In this document: piece after piece, positions 13,303 through 32,603 of the stretch | How the letters are laid out: every line of letters begins with the position of its first letter | How positions within the stretch are numbered: position 1 is the stretch's first letter | Made by a program: the position numbers and the translations under genes | The notes under the pieces: model-generated | The model's input: the letters and a program-made list of their open reading frames with translations, nothing else | Databases searched by the model: none | What the model was told of the DNA's origin: nothing | NCBI RefSeq assembly: GCF_006345805.1 | Contig: NC_043003.1 | Span: 37,014,001 to 37,078,000, forward strand | Reading direction: 5' to 3' | DNA: 64,000 bases | Origin: Octopus sinensis | Taxonomy: Eukaryota

Positions 13303-14790
13303 AGGTTCTATTCGAGTTAGAAAACAGTACCCGCGACCATTTTAAAGGTCCTGTAACTCACATGGGTGAAAGCGGGTGCGGTATCCTCAAATGGGGGGGG
13401 GTGGAATCTGAATGCTTTCAAAAGAGATGGATTAAGCTAAAGGCACCCAAGGTACAAAGTGATGTTAAACCAGGAGGCAGATTAAGTCTACGACCCAAGT
13501 AAGCCATAACGAGATTTTTAACTCGGAACAGAAAGAGCCAGAACAAGTAGAAGAAGGCATCGGTTCTGATAGTCTTATAGTTCCACCAACTCCCCACTTA
13601 GATTGATAATCTTTTTAACGACCTCGAAAAGATGAATGGCAAATATGTCAATAGTATGATTTGAACTCGGACCATAGAAACTGATGACAAATATTGAGAC
13701 ACATTCTATCAGACTTACTAACGATTCAGAAAATCCGGAGATGAAAGATATCTATTATTATGGGGTTAGAATGTATTTGAAATTTAAGAATTCCGTAATA
13801 AGTAAGTAACGAAATAATTAAATATCTGTATTCTATGCAATGTTTTCCTTATTCCTTAATTCAAATTTAAACTTACAATCCCGCCTAATATTATAAAGAA
13901 ATAGCTATCTCTCTTGTGTAAAATGTTTGCAAGGTCATACTACGTAGATAATATTAAACACTGAAAATAGGTATGTTGATCTCCTTTTGCAGACTTCAGA
14001 GCGTAAAATATATTATCTGCTTTCCACCACAAGAATATAAATGCATTTTTACTAAAATTACACGCTATTAAGTTTACCTTACTTCATACTCCAATAAGAA
14101 AAAAAAAAGGAAAAGTCACAATGCTGCGCGTATGACTTTTATCAATTGATTCGACGTTTACTGCTTTTTTATGTAAACCAGACTAATTTTGATGCATCCA
14201 AGGTTATTTTTTTCAGAGATCAGTTACATTGATGCGCTTCACATTAAGCTCAAACTATGAAAATCAGGGCTGAACCAACGATTGATCTGTTGAAAATACA
14301 TACTCAACAACGGCATCGTTCGCCGAATGTGATATAAAAAGTTGTTATTCATCATCTGGCCATTGACATTTAATCATGTTGACTAGGGTTTCTGTTTTTA
14401 ATTGTTTTTGTTTTTTTTTCACTATTTTGCAGCTGATCGTCGATCGTTGAAACCTTATTACTTGGATGATTAAACTTAGAACAGTCGACATATTTACGAG
14501 AATTAGACGAGTCTTACATTATCATCAATCAATTATAACTTCTTTATTCTTCAATCAATTATTTTTCAGACTGTTTCAGTAGACGAGAATAATTAAAGTT
14601 TAAGCAAATGGTTTGTTTTAAAACACAATATGACATTACTGTTATATATTTGGGACATCCAATTAAATTGCGACTTCTCCCAGAAACAGTAGCTTTCTAT
14701 TTAATGATGAGAAATTTATTGGGTATTGAATTCTCACCAAAACTGATACGCTCGTAGCAGATAACTAACACATGCATACATATGCACATA

Positions 14791-15603
14791 TGCGAGGGTG
14801 GATTGGATTGAAAGGTACATGAGCTGACCATGAATGAATGATGCTAGAGCTGTGAAATCTTACATGCATTAATTTCAACTCTTCTTATTAATAAATGCAT
14901 TGTTTCTTTCGTGGTAAACTGGCAACATAGCGGCTTTTCTTGAAAATGAACAAAATTTGGCATCGGAGTGTAGTCAATTAACTGCAGAAAAGGGGGTTAG
15001 CCTCCAATGACATTCATGCTAACGTGCTTGCTACATTAGGGAACAGCGCTCCAGCTTTATCAGCAGTGTAAATGTGGGCAGTTGAATTTAAGAGGAGAAG
15101 GAGGAGTCTTGAAGATTACCCAAGGTCTGGACATCCCGTGGCTGCTACCGCCGAGGAACACATTGATAGTGTTAAACACATGGTGATAGGCAATTGACTA
15201 TAAATCAAATGGCCAATGCAATTTAGCATATCCCGTGAGAAGGTTGAGAAAATACTGAACAATAAAGTGGACATGACGAAGGTTTCTGCTTGGTGGCTGC
15301 CACGTCTTCTGACACCGGATCAAAAACGTACCAGGCTGATCACATACGGGAAACTCTGAGATTGTTTGAGGTAGATCCAGCTGGTTTCCTTGAATGTTTC
15401 CTAAACCAGGATGGGTGTTGGTTTCATCACACTGAGCCAGAAACAAAGAGACAATCCATGCAGAAGAAATATCCCTCCTTACAGCTCCGAAGAAGGGAAG
15501 GAGATGGCTTCAGTTTGTTGAGAAGCAAAAGGCATTGCGTTTATTGACTATCTTTAAAACAGCCATATCATCAATGAAGAATACTATGCCAAGTTGCTGA
15601 GGA
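14791..15603 (+). mobile_element. Mariner (DD34D-type) transposon remnant, 3'-truncated
   Basis: TIR-like start tgcgaggg. From the ATG at 14946 the translation includes SLEDYPRSGHP, KVSAWWLPRLLT (WVPRLL motif), QDGCWFHHTEPETKRQSMQ and KGIAFIDYL...INEEYYAKLLR, with stops and frameshifts. Confidence 0.88.
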
Positions 15604-15919
15604 TTTTTAACCCATTATTAAAATACGCAACTGTGAACATAGAACATAGCGGCGTTTAAGGGAAGATGAGGGCTGATGGAATTATGCATATAACCATCGT
15701 GAGTAGGCCTTCATGTACCAAATTTTTGGGGTAATAAGAACGTCTTTTACAATTGAATTTCTACCATGACGGTTGGTGTGCGTGCACACGCGTGTGTGTT
15801 TGCACATGCGTGTGTGTGTTTGCACATGCGTGTGTGTGCACGCGTATATGTTTTTGAGTGTGTACATATAATATATAAACACACACAGATTTCTCTGCCT
15901 ATTTATAAACGAACACTGA

Positions 15920-16132
15920 AGGGAGAGACCTGGCAGGATCGTTAGTAAACCGGGCTTAATTGCTCAGCGGCATTTAGTCTGTCTTTATGTACTGAGTTCA
16001 AATTCCACCGAGGCAGATTTTGCTTTTATCTTCTCGGACCGATAAGATAAGTACAACTAAAACACTGCGGTCGATGTAATCAACTTACACACTCCCACCA
16101 AATTCTAGCCTTGTGCCAAAATTTGAAGCCAG
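15920..16132 (+). mobile_element. SINE family A, diverged copy
   Basis: Contains ctggcaggatcgttag, gagttcaaattccaccgagg and ccttgtgccaaaatttgaa. Confidence 0.75.
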
Positions 16133-16465
16133 TATATAGACACTAGAAAACATAAAAACGAAACAAATATGTTAAGAAAGTAGTCATATGTATTGCATAT
16201 ACCATGTGTGTGTGCGCGCGCGTGCGAGTTTGTATGCCTGTTCTTTAAATGTGCTTAACTGTTCAATTTATACACACATACACACACAAACACTCGTATA
16301 TTCTTACTTATATATATCTGCATATAATTAATATACGTATATATAAGATGTGTGTATGTATGTCCTTTTGTTGCCTTTTTAATTAATCCTGAAAAAAAAA
16401 TATATATATATGGATGTATATATATATATATATATATATGGATGTAGTATGGATGTATTGATATG

Positions 16466-16527
<62 letters not shown>

Positions 16528-17337
16528 TATTTATTTATATTTATATTTATATTATATTTATATTTATATTTATATTCATATTTATATTTATATATACATA
16601 TATATGGGTATGTGTGTGTGTGTGTGTCGACATACATGCATGTTATGGATTATAATTAAGATTTGACAAAAGCTTTATGATATAGCATAAAAGTAGTTAT
16701 TTTATTTTAAAACACGTATTTTGGAATATATTGTTATTGCATGCTGCGTTGTGCATGCCAGAGATGATACATAGTTGAACTTAAATTTTGCATTTTTTGG
16801 ACGACATATTCAAATAAATGAATTATTAAATAAGGTTTTATCTATAGACATGACTTCAATTATTTTCAACATGGTAAGCGTAATTGCACATAATGTACTC
16901 GCGTACTCACATTCGAGTAGAAGGAAAAACAGAATCACAAGTAATCACACACACACACACACACATATACACTCATTTGCGCATATATACATGTTTACTA
17001 TGGTTTCTTCTTTCTTTTCTTCCTCTTTGTTACTTATCTTCGAGATTTTTCATATATTATAATTACTTGAGCTTATCGTGATATGAAGTTTTGGGATCAA
17101 AAACTTGTTTTTTTTTTTATTTTTTTTTTTCGTTTTTTTTGGAGAAGCAGAAAACCACGAATTCATCGCAGGTATGTACAAGGTATGACGCAAGGAGATG
17201 GCTGATATTTGTTTTTAATTATTAATTATCGATCCCTCTTGTAGGTGGGTTAGGTTCTGTTTTAGGGACAACTTACTTTCGAATGTTGAAGTTAGCTTCT
17301 CTACAATCTCCACCCATACTACAAGACTGTTAATATA

Positions 17338-17543
17338 CTTTTCTACTCTAAGCACAAGGCTCGAAATTTCAGGGGAGGGGGACAGCCGATTAGATCGACC
17401 CCAGTACGCAACTGGTACTTAATTTATCGATCCTGAAAGGCAAAGTCGACCTCAGCGGAATTTGAACTCAGAACGTAAAGACAGACGAAATACTGCTAAG
17501 CATTTCGCCCGGCGTGCTAACGTTTCTGCCAGCTCGCCGCCTT
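17338..17543 (-). mobile_element. SINE family A with a target-site duplication
   Basis: Full head ends at 17543. It is flanked by direct repeats acaagactgttaatat (~17322) and acaagtttgttaatat (~17545). Confidence 0.9.
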
Positions 17544-17570
17544 ACAAGTTTGTTAATATTATACTATAAG

Positions 17571-18380
17571 AAGGCGGCGGGCTGGCAGAAACGTTAGCAC
17601 ACCGGGCGAAATGCTTAGCGGTATTTCGTCTGCCGTTACGTTCTGAGTTCAAATTCCGCCGAGGTCGACTTTACCTTTCATCCTTTCTGGGTCGATAAAT
17701 TAAGTACCAGTTATGCACTGTGGTCGATGTAATGGACTTAATACCTATGTCTGTCCTTGTTTGACCCCTCTATGTTTAGCCCCTTGTGGGTAATAAAGAA
17801 ACAGGTATTTCGTCTGTCTGAACATTCTGAGTTCAAATTCTGCCGAGGTTGACTTTGCCTTTCATCCTTGTGGGGTTGAATAAATAAGTACCAGTTACGC
17901 ACTGGGGTCGATATAATCGACTTAATCCGTTTGTCTGTCATTGTTTGTCCTCTCTGTGTTTAGCCTCTTGTGGGTAGTAAAGAAATAGAAATAGGTATTT
18001 CGTCAGTCTTTACGTTCTGAGTTAGAATTCCACCGAAGTCAACTTTGCTTTTCATCCTTTCGGGGTCTATAAAATGAGTACCAGTTGACTACTGAAGTTG
18101 ATCTTATCCACTTACCCACTAATCCGAAATTTCTGGCCTTGTACCAAAATTTGAAACTAATATTATAATAATATTATATTATAAAGCACACCGGACAAAA
18201 TGCTTAGCGGCATTTAGTCCGTCTTTGATTTCTGAGTTCAAATTCCGACAATGTTGTATTTTGCCTTTCGTCCTTTAGGGGTCGCTGAAAAAAGTGACTG
18301 TTGAGAATTGGGGGGGTTGATGTAATCGATTATCCCTTTAGCCCCAGAATCCTAGGCCTTGTGTCAATAGCAGGATGGAT
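17571..18380 (+). mobile_element. Multimeric SINE family A: one head plus three internal units, followed by a further degenerate copy
   Basis: The unit beginning gtatttcgtc recurs at ~17621, ~17805 and ~17995. Another copy lies at ~18185-18380. Confidence 0.9.
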
Positions 18381-18439
18381 TATATTATAAATAAGGTGGT
18401 TAGTTGGCAGAATCGTTAGCTAGCAGGAAAGATGCGTTA

Positions 18440-18890
<451 letters not shown>

Positions 18891-18917
18891 TGTTTCCCTA
18901 AAACCAGGAGAAATCCC

Positions 18918-19075
18918 GCTTTACGTTCTGAGTTCAAATTTCGCTAAGGCTGACTTCACCTTTCTTCTTTTTGAGGTTGATAAATTAAGTACGAGTTCAG
19001 CATGGACGTCGATGTAATAATCATCACCTCTGCTTTCCACCTTGATTTCAGGCTTTGAGTCAAGAGCAAAACGAA
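18918..19075 (+). mobile_element. SINE family A fragment
   Basis: tttacgttctgagttcaaatttcgc...gataaattaagtac. Confidence 0.7.
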
Positions 19076-21522
19076 TTATTATATTGTAAACGGCGTCAGA
19101 GTGAACAGTGCCAAACTAAACGTCAGTTTGAATCCCAGAATAAGAAGGAACTAATGAAGATCTCTGATTTACCGACAGTAACATGAAACCAAAAGAAGAA
19201 TTCGTGGGATGCTGAAATAATTTGTAACAGTGAGAAGTAGAAAATATATCGCTTAGGTCTCTTGGCCTTCTGCAGAAAGTAAAAGACGAAACGACCGTAC
19301 AGAAGCAAGTGTCGGATTTTGGTATTACCTCGTTACAGTTTTTTTCACCTCGTATCGCATTCGATTTCCATATTTATCATATTTTCGTTGTATATACATA
19401 GCAGTATGGAAAAGTGAATTCTATCAACGATACAGTCTTCTATACAATAGAATACAAACCTGGTGTAGTTTAAGTATTTAGAGTTTGTTTTGCGACTATG
19501 GTATTTCAGGGTCACTTCCATGGCGGATAACTTTGGTCAAACTTTTCCACAACAGCCTTAGATGAATAAAACCTTCAGTGAGATCCAAATTTAGTAGTGA
19601 GAACCTATATAGAATTTTGTTAGCGAAATTGCTTCTGTTCTTTAATGTTAGATTTGACCTATCACTCAGTTTGATTACTACCTGGCTGTAGGGTCGGTGG
19701 CTTTAGCTCTGTTACACGTCTTCCGGCAAGATCTCCGGTTTATCGGTAATGTCCTTCATTTTACCAATTTATTTCGGGGTCTTGAAATAGGTTATAGTTG
19801 TGTCACTCTTTCCCTGGCCAATTCATAAAAGAAAATTGAACTTGTGCCTTGTAAGAGAAATAAATTTTATTTCTTAAAACTTTTTCTTATATTTCATTAG
19901 AAAACTAATATTGGGCATTTGTGATATTGTATTTTTAGTGTAACAACATTTCTCTAAATAGATAAATATACTATAATGTACTGTGTCATATGTAATGCAT
20001 TCTTTCCAGACTGCCTTGAGTTACTAATGCTGTTGATAATGATAAACATCTATTTAATCATATTAGGTAATTACAACAATACTACATTGATACATCACAC
20101 TCCTTTATCTGCGTCCGCTTCATAGATTGATATCCGTTTGCAATGAATTAGCATTAGGTGTTTGATAAAACAAAATTGATAGATCTAAAATAAAAGGATG
20201 TGTTATATATTACCGACTAACATATTATTGATTATATTGATTTCATTGTTAAATTTAAATCTCACGCACTTAGCCCCAAATTGAATGCCAATAGGGCATT
20301 TTGAATAAGAAGATATATTTGAAGATAATAAACTACAGTTGTTTGATTTAATACTTACTATTACTATCATGCTTAGTACTAGCTACTACTATCAAAAGCT
20401 AGATAAATGTAAACTGTTTCAAATGTCCCAAAACGGATGTCAACTGATAAAGCAATAAATATAAGTGGGATCTTTTCTATTTCTACCATGTAGAAATCTA
20501 TCAACTTCTACAAAATAGCAGAATCCATTTGCCTGTAAATGCAGAGCCTACATGCGTCGTTGGCAATTTCTATTTTCATGTATAAGTACCTGAGCTAGGT
20601 GCTTAACGCAAAATTCATGTATTTCAATTTAATTCTTACTGGAGCCTTTACAGAACGTTTTATAAGGAGGGCAAATGAAATAATTCTCTAAAGTACATAA
20701 TTATCCTTACAATTCTCTGACAGATAACGAACCAGTGTTAATACACTTTCTGTCCAAAACTATTTACCAGCTTGCAATGCAAAATGCATTTCATTACATT
20801 CTTTAAAGAGCTATATGCAAAAGCTTTATTCCATTTCATTGTGTGTACACATAATTATTTCATTTACTTATTTAATGGTATAACGTCTTCAAAACTTATA
20901 CTATTATAATTTCGATTTTCCTTTAAATGTTTCTACATGTCAACTGTGCATTCATAGCGGTGTTTTAAGAAATTTGCTTTCCACACACGTGATTCCGGTT
21001 TTGACTACACTGTGTGGTTCGTTGGACGAGTGCCTTCGGGTTAGGAAATACTTTGCGAATTGGATTTGGAAGACTGATACTGTGCTGGAACAGATGTATG
21101 TATGTTGTGAACGTATGCTTGTGAGTTTATGCATGTATGTGTGCGTTTGTGTGTGCGTGTGACGCGTGTGTGAAATACGTTAGAACGTTGAGAAAATATA
21201 AACCGGTGAAAGGTAAGTAAAAGAAGTAGTTAGAAAAGTTAGTTCGTGCCTTTCATTTCGGTTCTGCCTTTGATGGTAAATGAGGATGGCTTCCTTGAGC
21301 TCGATTTTCCCAAAAGCATCCAAAACATAGATGTATATTTTTGAAGAGGATTAAGTCAGAAATACCTGTTTAATAATTTGGTTGTTTGCAATTTGACAAA
21401 ATTCATTGGAATAGCTATAGACTTTTCGTTCTGATACGTATTTATTTCCAAGCCTAAAAAAAATTAACGCATCTCATAACATTTTTTTTTTATCCACTCC
21501 ACCTGTAACGCGGATTATTCCT

Positions 21523-21603
<81 letters not shown>

Positions 21604-21977
21604 CACACATATGTATGTGCGTGTGTGTATCTGTCTATCTATCTATCTATATATATTATATATGGTTCTAATCCAGAAACGAATTTTCGTCTATAATTTA
21701 TCCAAATGGGCTGTGATTTCGTTATTTTCTTTCTTTTTGCCATATACGGGTTGCAAATTCTGATTGTTTGTGGAGACTTTTTTACTAGTAGGAGAAATGG
21801 TGACCTATTTGGCTGCCATTTCTAATATTTTCGGTATGTGGTTTTGAGCAACTTGTTGCAATTAACCCTTTATTCTAATTAATATAATCCTTACCAAATA
21901 TGGTCTTTTCCATACCGATAAAACTACTAGGTGAAATTTATTAATTTTATTAAATTAATTATATTTCACCCTTTTTG

Positions 21978-22016
<39 letters not shown>

Positions 22017-22113
22017 TATTTGCATACATGCATACCGAGCTACGTAAATATATATATATATATATACATGAACGGTTCTTCTTGCGTATACGAATCTATG
22101 TGTGTCAGGGGGA

Positions 22114-22150
<37 letters not shown>

Positions 22151-23299
22151 CCATAGAGAGAGAGAGCCAGAGAGAAAGAGAGACAGAGAGAGCGCGTGAA
22201 TGTTTGCGTGCTGCACACAGAACTTGCTTCGTAAGTAAAACTTTAAGATAAAATTGTTTTCTCTTTTTCTCTCGTTCTCTCACCCCTTCCATGTCTTTGT
22301 TTTCAACTTGCTCTCTCTCTCTCTCTCTCTCTTTAACCCCCACCCTTTCTCCCTCAGATCTTTCCATTTTGAGTTAACTGACGTTCCACTTCCAAACACA
22401 CTAAAAGACTTCTAATCTATTTTTCATAGGTTTTTATATCTTGTGTTTATTAGGTGTAATGTCAACACCTCGCTAATGCAACAGTCATAATGACCAGGGG
22501 TCCTTCGTCGATTCCTGTAGAAACTCCTTTGTTGATTCTCGTAGAGGTTACCTCGCTTGATCGATAAACTGGATCTCTCTCTTTGCTTCTTGCTAGTTGT
22601 TCGTGGTTCAAAGCTTAAAACAGCATGCCATATTAGAATCAAACAAACGGAAGATGTTGGAAGAGAAGAATAAAGGAAACCTGCGAGAACTGATCTTACA
22701 GCAAATGTTGGTTTTTATCTCAGAAAATAGAGGTGAAAGAACTGCATTAGAAAGCGCAATGAATATGAACTGCTTCATATTAAATCCTACATTGTAGGTT
22801 ATTAAAAAGATTTGCCGCATCTGATTTCATGATAGGAATATTCAGAAGATAGGAATTATGCAAATATTTTCAACATGAAAGATGATTTTATTGAAAATAT
22901 TACATCTAGAAAAGAAAAAAAAAACTTATTACATGTTAGAGATCGGGAAAGGGGCTCGATAGAGCGAGAGATGTTTAGGAAGTGAAGGAAAGGAATGAAG
23001 AGGGGTGGAATGGAAAACAAAAAGACAGAAGGTAATTTTATAAACTGGAGAAAAATTACATAGTGACGTAAAAGAACGTAGGGGAGTAGGTGGAGTAAAA
23101 GTGATGGAGGTGGACTAATAACTATGGAAGGATAAGTTATAAGAAACATTGGCATTATGCAGAGAGAAATGGGGAGGGGGAAATAGAGGTTGTTATGAAA
23201 ACAAGAAGAAAAAAAAACAAGAGAGTGAATAATAAGAATAATATACATAAATTGAAAGGAGATATTCATAGAGAATGAGAGCGCAATGTATAAATATAT

Positions 23300-27735
<4,436 letters not shown>

Positions 27736-28762
27736 TTTATATACATAGCTATTTACGCACAGAAATAAATATATGTATAGAAATACATATATAATAAGTA
27801 TAAAAGTATATATATAATCTACGCTTATACGTGTGGGTGTACACAAACCCTCCATCCATACGTACATACATTCACACATGTGTATCGTTCTATTTAGATA
27901 CATTATAAACAAGTTTTAAGCCTAAGCCTAATCCTCTCCTCTTAAATATGGCTGCCAACATTTGCATGGATTCATTTACACTGACTAAAGATCTGTATTA
28001 CAAGAACCGGCAAAAACAAATTTGCCATTTTAACAACTTCTTAATCTCCCTAATTTCCAACTAATCCACTGCGTTTATCTGTTTCTTTCTACCATTTGAT
28101 TTGTGCTTGTTTTTGTTTTTGTACTGTTTCTGAGATGATTTTCTTCGTATCTGTTTCTCTGTGTGTGTAAATGTGTTGTTTGTTTGCATATGTTCTCTTA
28201 TATATATGTGTGTGTGTGTTTATGCTTGTACACATGTGTGTGAGTGTGTGTGTGTGCGAGAGACACAGAGAGAGAGCGCGAGAGTGTGTGTATGTGTGTG
28301 TTCTAAAATACTCATAGCGCTGTTAGTTAATCATTTAACTTGTTAAATGCAACGAAAATTTGTATGACAAGATTAATTTTCTCGAGAGGATTAGTTACTA
28401 TTAACTTGAATTTAGTACAATAAGTTAGCAAAACGAATCAGCAACGAACTTAAATATTTCTCGCAGTATTTAGTTTTAGTTTCCATGCTCTGCTATCCGG
28501 TTTCAAACTGTTCTCGGATCGATATTTCATTTTTTCTCAGCCCGATAAAGTGGTATTCGTATTGCATGTCATGCGTAAGACTAGCAATGTTACTGTGAAA
28601 AGGGAGGAAAAAAGGCAAACGAAGTGGGTGGGGGCCTCCACCTCAGAGTGGAATGACGTTTACTGGTCAAAACCATTTTAGAGAAAAAGAGATGGGGAGA
28701 GATGGAAGCTAGCGAAAAGCATTGCCCACGACAGGAGGGCTATTCAATAATGGCAGCAGCGA

Positions 28763-28798
<36 letters not shown>

Positions 28799-28837
28799 AT
28801 TTAAGCCCAATACTGAGTGTTGTGGGTTTCTTGGTAC

Positions 28838-29283
28838 CTATTTCTTTACTACCCTCAAGGGGCCAAACACAGAGAGGGCAAACAAGGACAGACAGACAGA
28901 TTAAGTCGATTATATCGACCCCAGTGCGTAACTGGTACTTATTTAATCGACCCCGAACGGATGAAAGGCAAAGTCGACTCAGAACGTAACAGCAGACGAA
29001 ATACCTATTTCTTTATTACCCACAAGGGGCTAAACACAGAGGGGACAAACAAGGACAGACATAGGTATTAAGTCGATTACATCGACCCCAGTGCGTATCT
29101 GGCACTTAATTTATCGACCCCGAAAGGATGAAAGGCAAAGTCGACCTCGGCGGAATTTGAACTCAGAACGTAGCGGCAGACGAAATACCGCAAAGCATTT
29201 CGCCCGGCGTGCTAACGTTTCTGCCAGCTCGCAGACGAAATACCGTTAAGCATTTCGCTCGGCGTGCTAACGTTTCTGCCATC
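28838..29283 (-). mobile_element. Multimeric SINE family A with a duplicated head
   Basis: Two internal units, plus two head segments ending cgtgctaacgtttctgcca at ~29226 and ~29281. Confidence 0.9.
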
Positions 29284-29566
29284 AAACCCAATACGTTACT
29301 GTTACTTCATCTTATTGACTCCGGACGAATCGACGACAAAGCTGACCTCAGAAAGGCAAGATTATACAAATACCGCAAATCATTCTATTTGCTGCTCTAA
29401 ATCCACCACCACTGTCAACATACTGGAATCGTACTTTTATCGGGATTTTTACGTTATATCAAATCCTTTGAGTTACACCAATTCTTATTCTAAAGTAAAA
29501 ATTTCATTAAATTTTATTTCAGTTGTTATTGGGAAGAAATCCTGCTAAATAGTTAATATGTTATAT

Positions 29567-29968
29567 TCTCTTTTACTCTTTTACTTGTTTCGGTCATTTG
29601 ACCGAAGCCATGATGGGGCACCGCCTTTAGTCGAGCAAATCGACCCCAGGACTTATTCTTTGTAAGTCTAGAACTTATTCTATTAGCATATTTTGCCGAA
29701 CCGCTAAGTTACAGGTACGTAAACACACCAGCATTGATTCTCAAGCGATGTGGGCGGGGCACAAATACAAACACACAAACATATACACAAACATACATAT
29801 ATATATACATATATACGACGGGCTTCTTTCAGTTTCCGCCTACCAAATCCACTCACAAGGCTTTGGTCGGCCCGAGGCTATAGTAGAAGACACTTGCCCA
29901 AGGTGTCACGCTGTGGAACTGAAGCTGGAACCATGTGGTTCATAAGCAAGCTACTTACCACACGGCCA
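29567..29968 (-). mobile_element. Bipartite SINE family B, near full length
   Basis: 3' tail (aaaagagt)n, 3' half, (TA/TG) spacer and 5' half with accttgggcaagtgtcttctactatagcctcgggccgaccaaagcc. Confidence 0.9.
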
Positions 29969-30626
29969 TTCATACACCTTTAATTTTATTTTCATAATGC
30001 TGCTGTCGTTGTTGCCGTTGCAGTGGCGGCGGTGGCAGCCGCGGCGATTATTGTTTAGTCGTCCCAACCATCTTTTATCATCAACATTGTAATCTTAGGC
30101 CTTCCGCCGTGACCAAGTTCTTTTCCTTTCTGTTTTTTCATTTGATTTTATATGAACCCCAATCAAGAAGTAGATTTAAAACTCAGAAATGTCCGGAGAT
30201 TCAGTCAAGCTATAGTGATTATCAATTCCTAATATATTCTATCCTCTGAGTTGTGCTATTTAACTAACAAAGAAACTCAATTCCCACTGTGTGTGTCCAT
30301 CGAGATCTAAAACCGGAGTAAGCTAAATGTAGCGGAAATCTTGTAAAATAAATATGCCGCGTAAACGGTATACGAAACCTTTTTGTTTACATATAAATCA
30401 TTTCCAAATTGATGTTCACAAACCTTCATAGTCTTGTGCACATATTTCAACAAAAGCCTAAGACTATTTTTCTTTGAATTATTTGATGAGAGATTTTTCT
30501 TTTAATGTTCTGCTTTATAACATAATTGATCAGAGGATAAAGGGCACACGTCCTTCGCCATTTTCAGGAACTCTCGGGTTAGTGGAATGTAGAATCCTGT
30601 GACTAAAGTCATTACCCAAATAATCC

Positions 30627-30770
30627 TTTCTACTATAGGTACAAGGCCTGAAATTTGGGGTGGGAGTTTATTGTTTACAGTGTTCAACTAGTACTTATTT
30701 CATCGACTCTGAAAGGATGATAGTTGACTTTATTGGAATTTGAACTAGGAACGTATAGACGGGAGAAATG
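30627..30770 (-). mobile_element. SINE family A fragment
   Basis: ggtacaaggcctgaaatttgggg...gtacttatttcatcgac...gaaaggatga...ggaatttgaact. Confidence 0.7.
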
Positions 30771-31965
30771 TTCACTGGTAGCCATTCACACAATGTATTA
30801 AGCAACATTACATAGATATTTCGGCTGGCATGGGAATATCTCAAAAATGTTATACATAACGCTACATTCGTTCAACATCAACTTCCATTATAAATAAATT
30901 TCTAATAAAAAAGAACTCTGGGAATACATAGACATGGTTCTGTACTTAACAAGTGAGCTTCGCAGGCTACACGATCAGAGTTCGAAAACGTTCTAGGAAA
31001 ACCAAACATATATCTGGTGTTGTCAGCTTGACTGCCAATCTGCAGTTAGCCCTAGAGGAAGATGGAAATATATTTGGCCTCATGAGTGCACTACCTTTAA
31101 AAACACACAGTGGTTGGGTCCTAATAACTTAGTGCCTATCTATATGTGTTTCTAAGTAATATCCTATTTTTGTGTCCTAATTAGATATGAACGTCGAAAT
31201 TTAACATACGAATAGTGGGACTAAAATAACTTGTTTTGCCTTTTTTTAAATTTAAATTCATGATAGGTCTTATAGGTTGAAGATGACAAAGTATTAAAGA
31301 AGTTCGTTTCCTAAATTCGAACCCATTGCGTGGTATCTTCGGTAAGTACCAATTTCTGTTGAGTCTATACATACTTTGTGAGTGATGTTAGGTAGACGGA
31401 AACTGAAAAGAATCCCAGTGGATTGTTCCAGTAATCGAAAAGCTACAGCTTTGTCACACATTGTGTCATACTCATTTTGACTGGGAACTACATTAAGGGT
31501 ACCTAAGGGTCTGTGGCATACTCAACTACTTGCTCATTAATACAGGTACGCGTTATTCAGTTGATGAAATGACCAAATCCCTATCATCAAATGACAGAGA
31601 CTACATACACACACACCTGGGGTTTTTTTGACAAGTTTTATTTCAGTGTTCCCTGGATTCTGACTTTATTACCTGCTGAGGTCAAATCCGCCTTTCAAGT
31701 CTTGAGAGATCGATGAAAAATGCAGTGGATTGACAGAGCTGTAAAAACGCAGAACAGGATGCTTTGCAACACTTGTTCCAGCCTTTTACCTTCTAAATTC
31801 TATTGAAGACGCCACCCGGCATTCGGACCAGTTTTGCGATTTCAACATACCTTCTTACTTTCCTCCGACCAATCTCAAAGCCCTTGTATGGGGTCATAAA
31901 CACTACATGATTTCCTAACTAAAAGATAAAAAAAAAATACTTGGACCGTTACTTCTCATAAGAAT

Positions 31966-32603
31966 ATTGGTTTCAAATTTGGGCACAAAGCCAGCAGTTT
32001 TTTCTTTTTTTCGTGGAGTAAGTCGATGATATCGACGCCAGTCTTCTACTGGTACTTATTTTATTGACCTCAGAAGGATGAATGACAAAGTCGACCATAT
32101 CGGAATTTGAAGTCAGAGCATAAAGACGAACGAAATACCGCCAAGCATTTTGCCCGATGTGCTAACAATCGTGTCAGCTCGCCGCCTTATTTCTAATAAG
32201 AATATTGATTTCAAATTCTGGTACAAGGCCAGTAAGTTCGGAGTAAGGGATAAGTGGATTACATCGACCTAGTACTCAGCTGCTACTTATTTTATCGACC
32301 TCAGAAAAATGAAAGGCAATGTCAACCTTAGTGGGATTTGAACCCAGAATGTAAAGGCAGACGAAATGCCTATTTCTTTACTACCCACAAGGGGCTAGAC
32401 ACAGAGGAGACAAACAAGGACAGACAAACGGATTAAGTCGATTATATCGACTCCAGTGCGTAACTGGTACTTAATTTATCGACCCCGAAAGGATGAAAGG
32501 CAAAGTCGACCTCGGCGGAATTTGAACTCAGAACGTTACGGCAGACGAAATACGGCTACGCATTTCGCCCGGCGTGCTAACGTTTCTGCCAGCTCGCCGC
32601 CTT
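31966..32603 (-). mobile_element. Tandem and multimeric SINE family A copies
   Basis: Heads (gctcgccgccttat) end at ~32188 and ~32603. The flank ttc(t)cataagaatattg is repeated at ~31953, ~32190 and, degenerately, ~32606. Confidence 0.9.
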
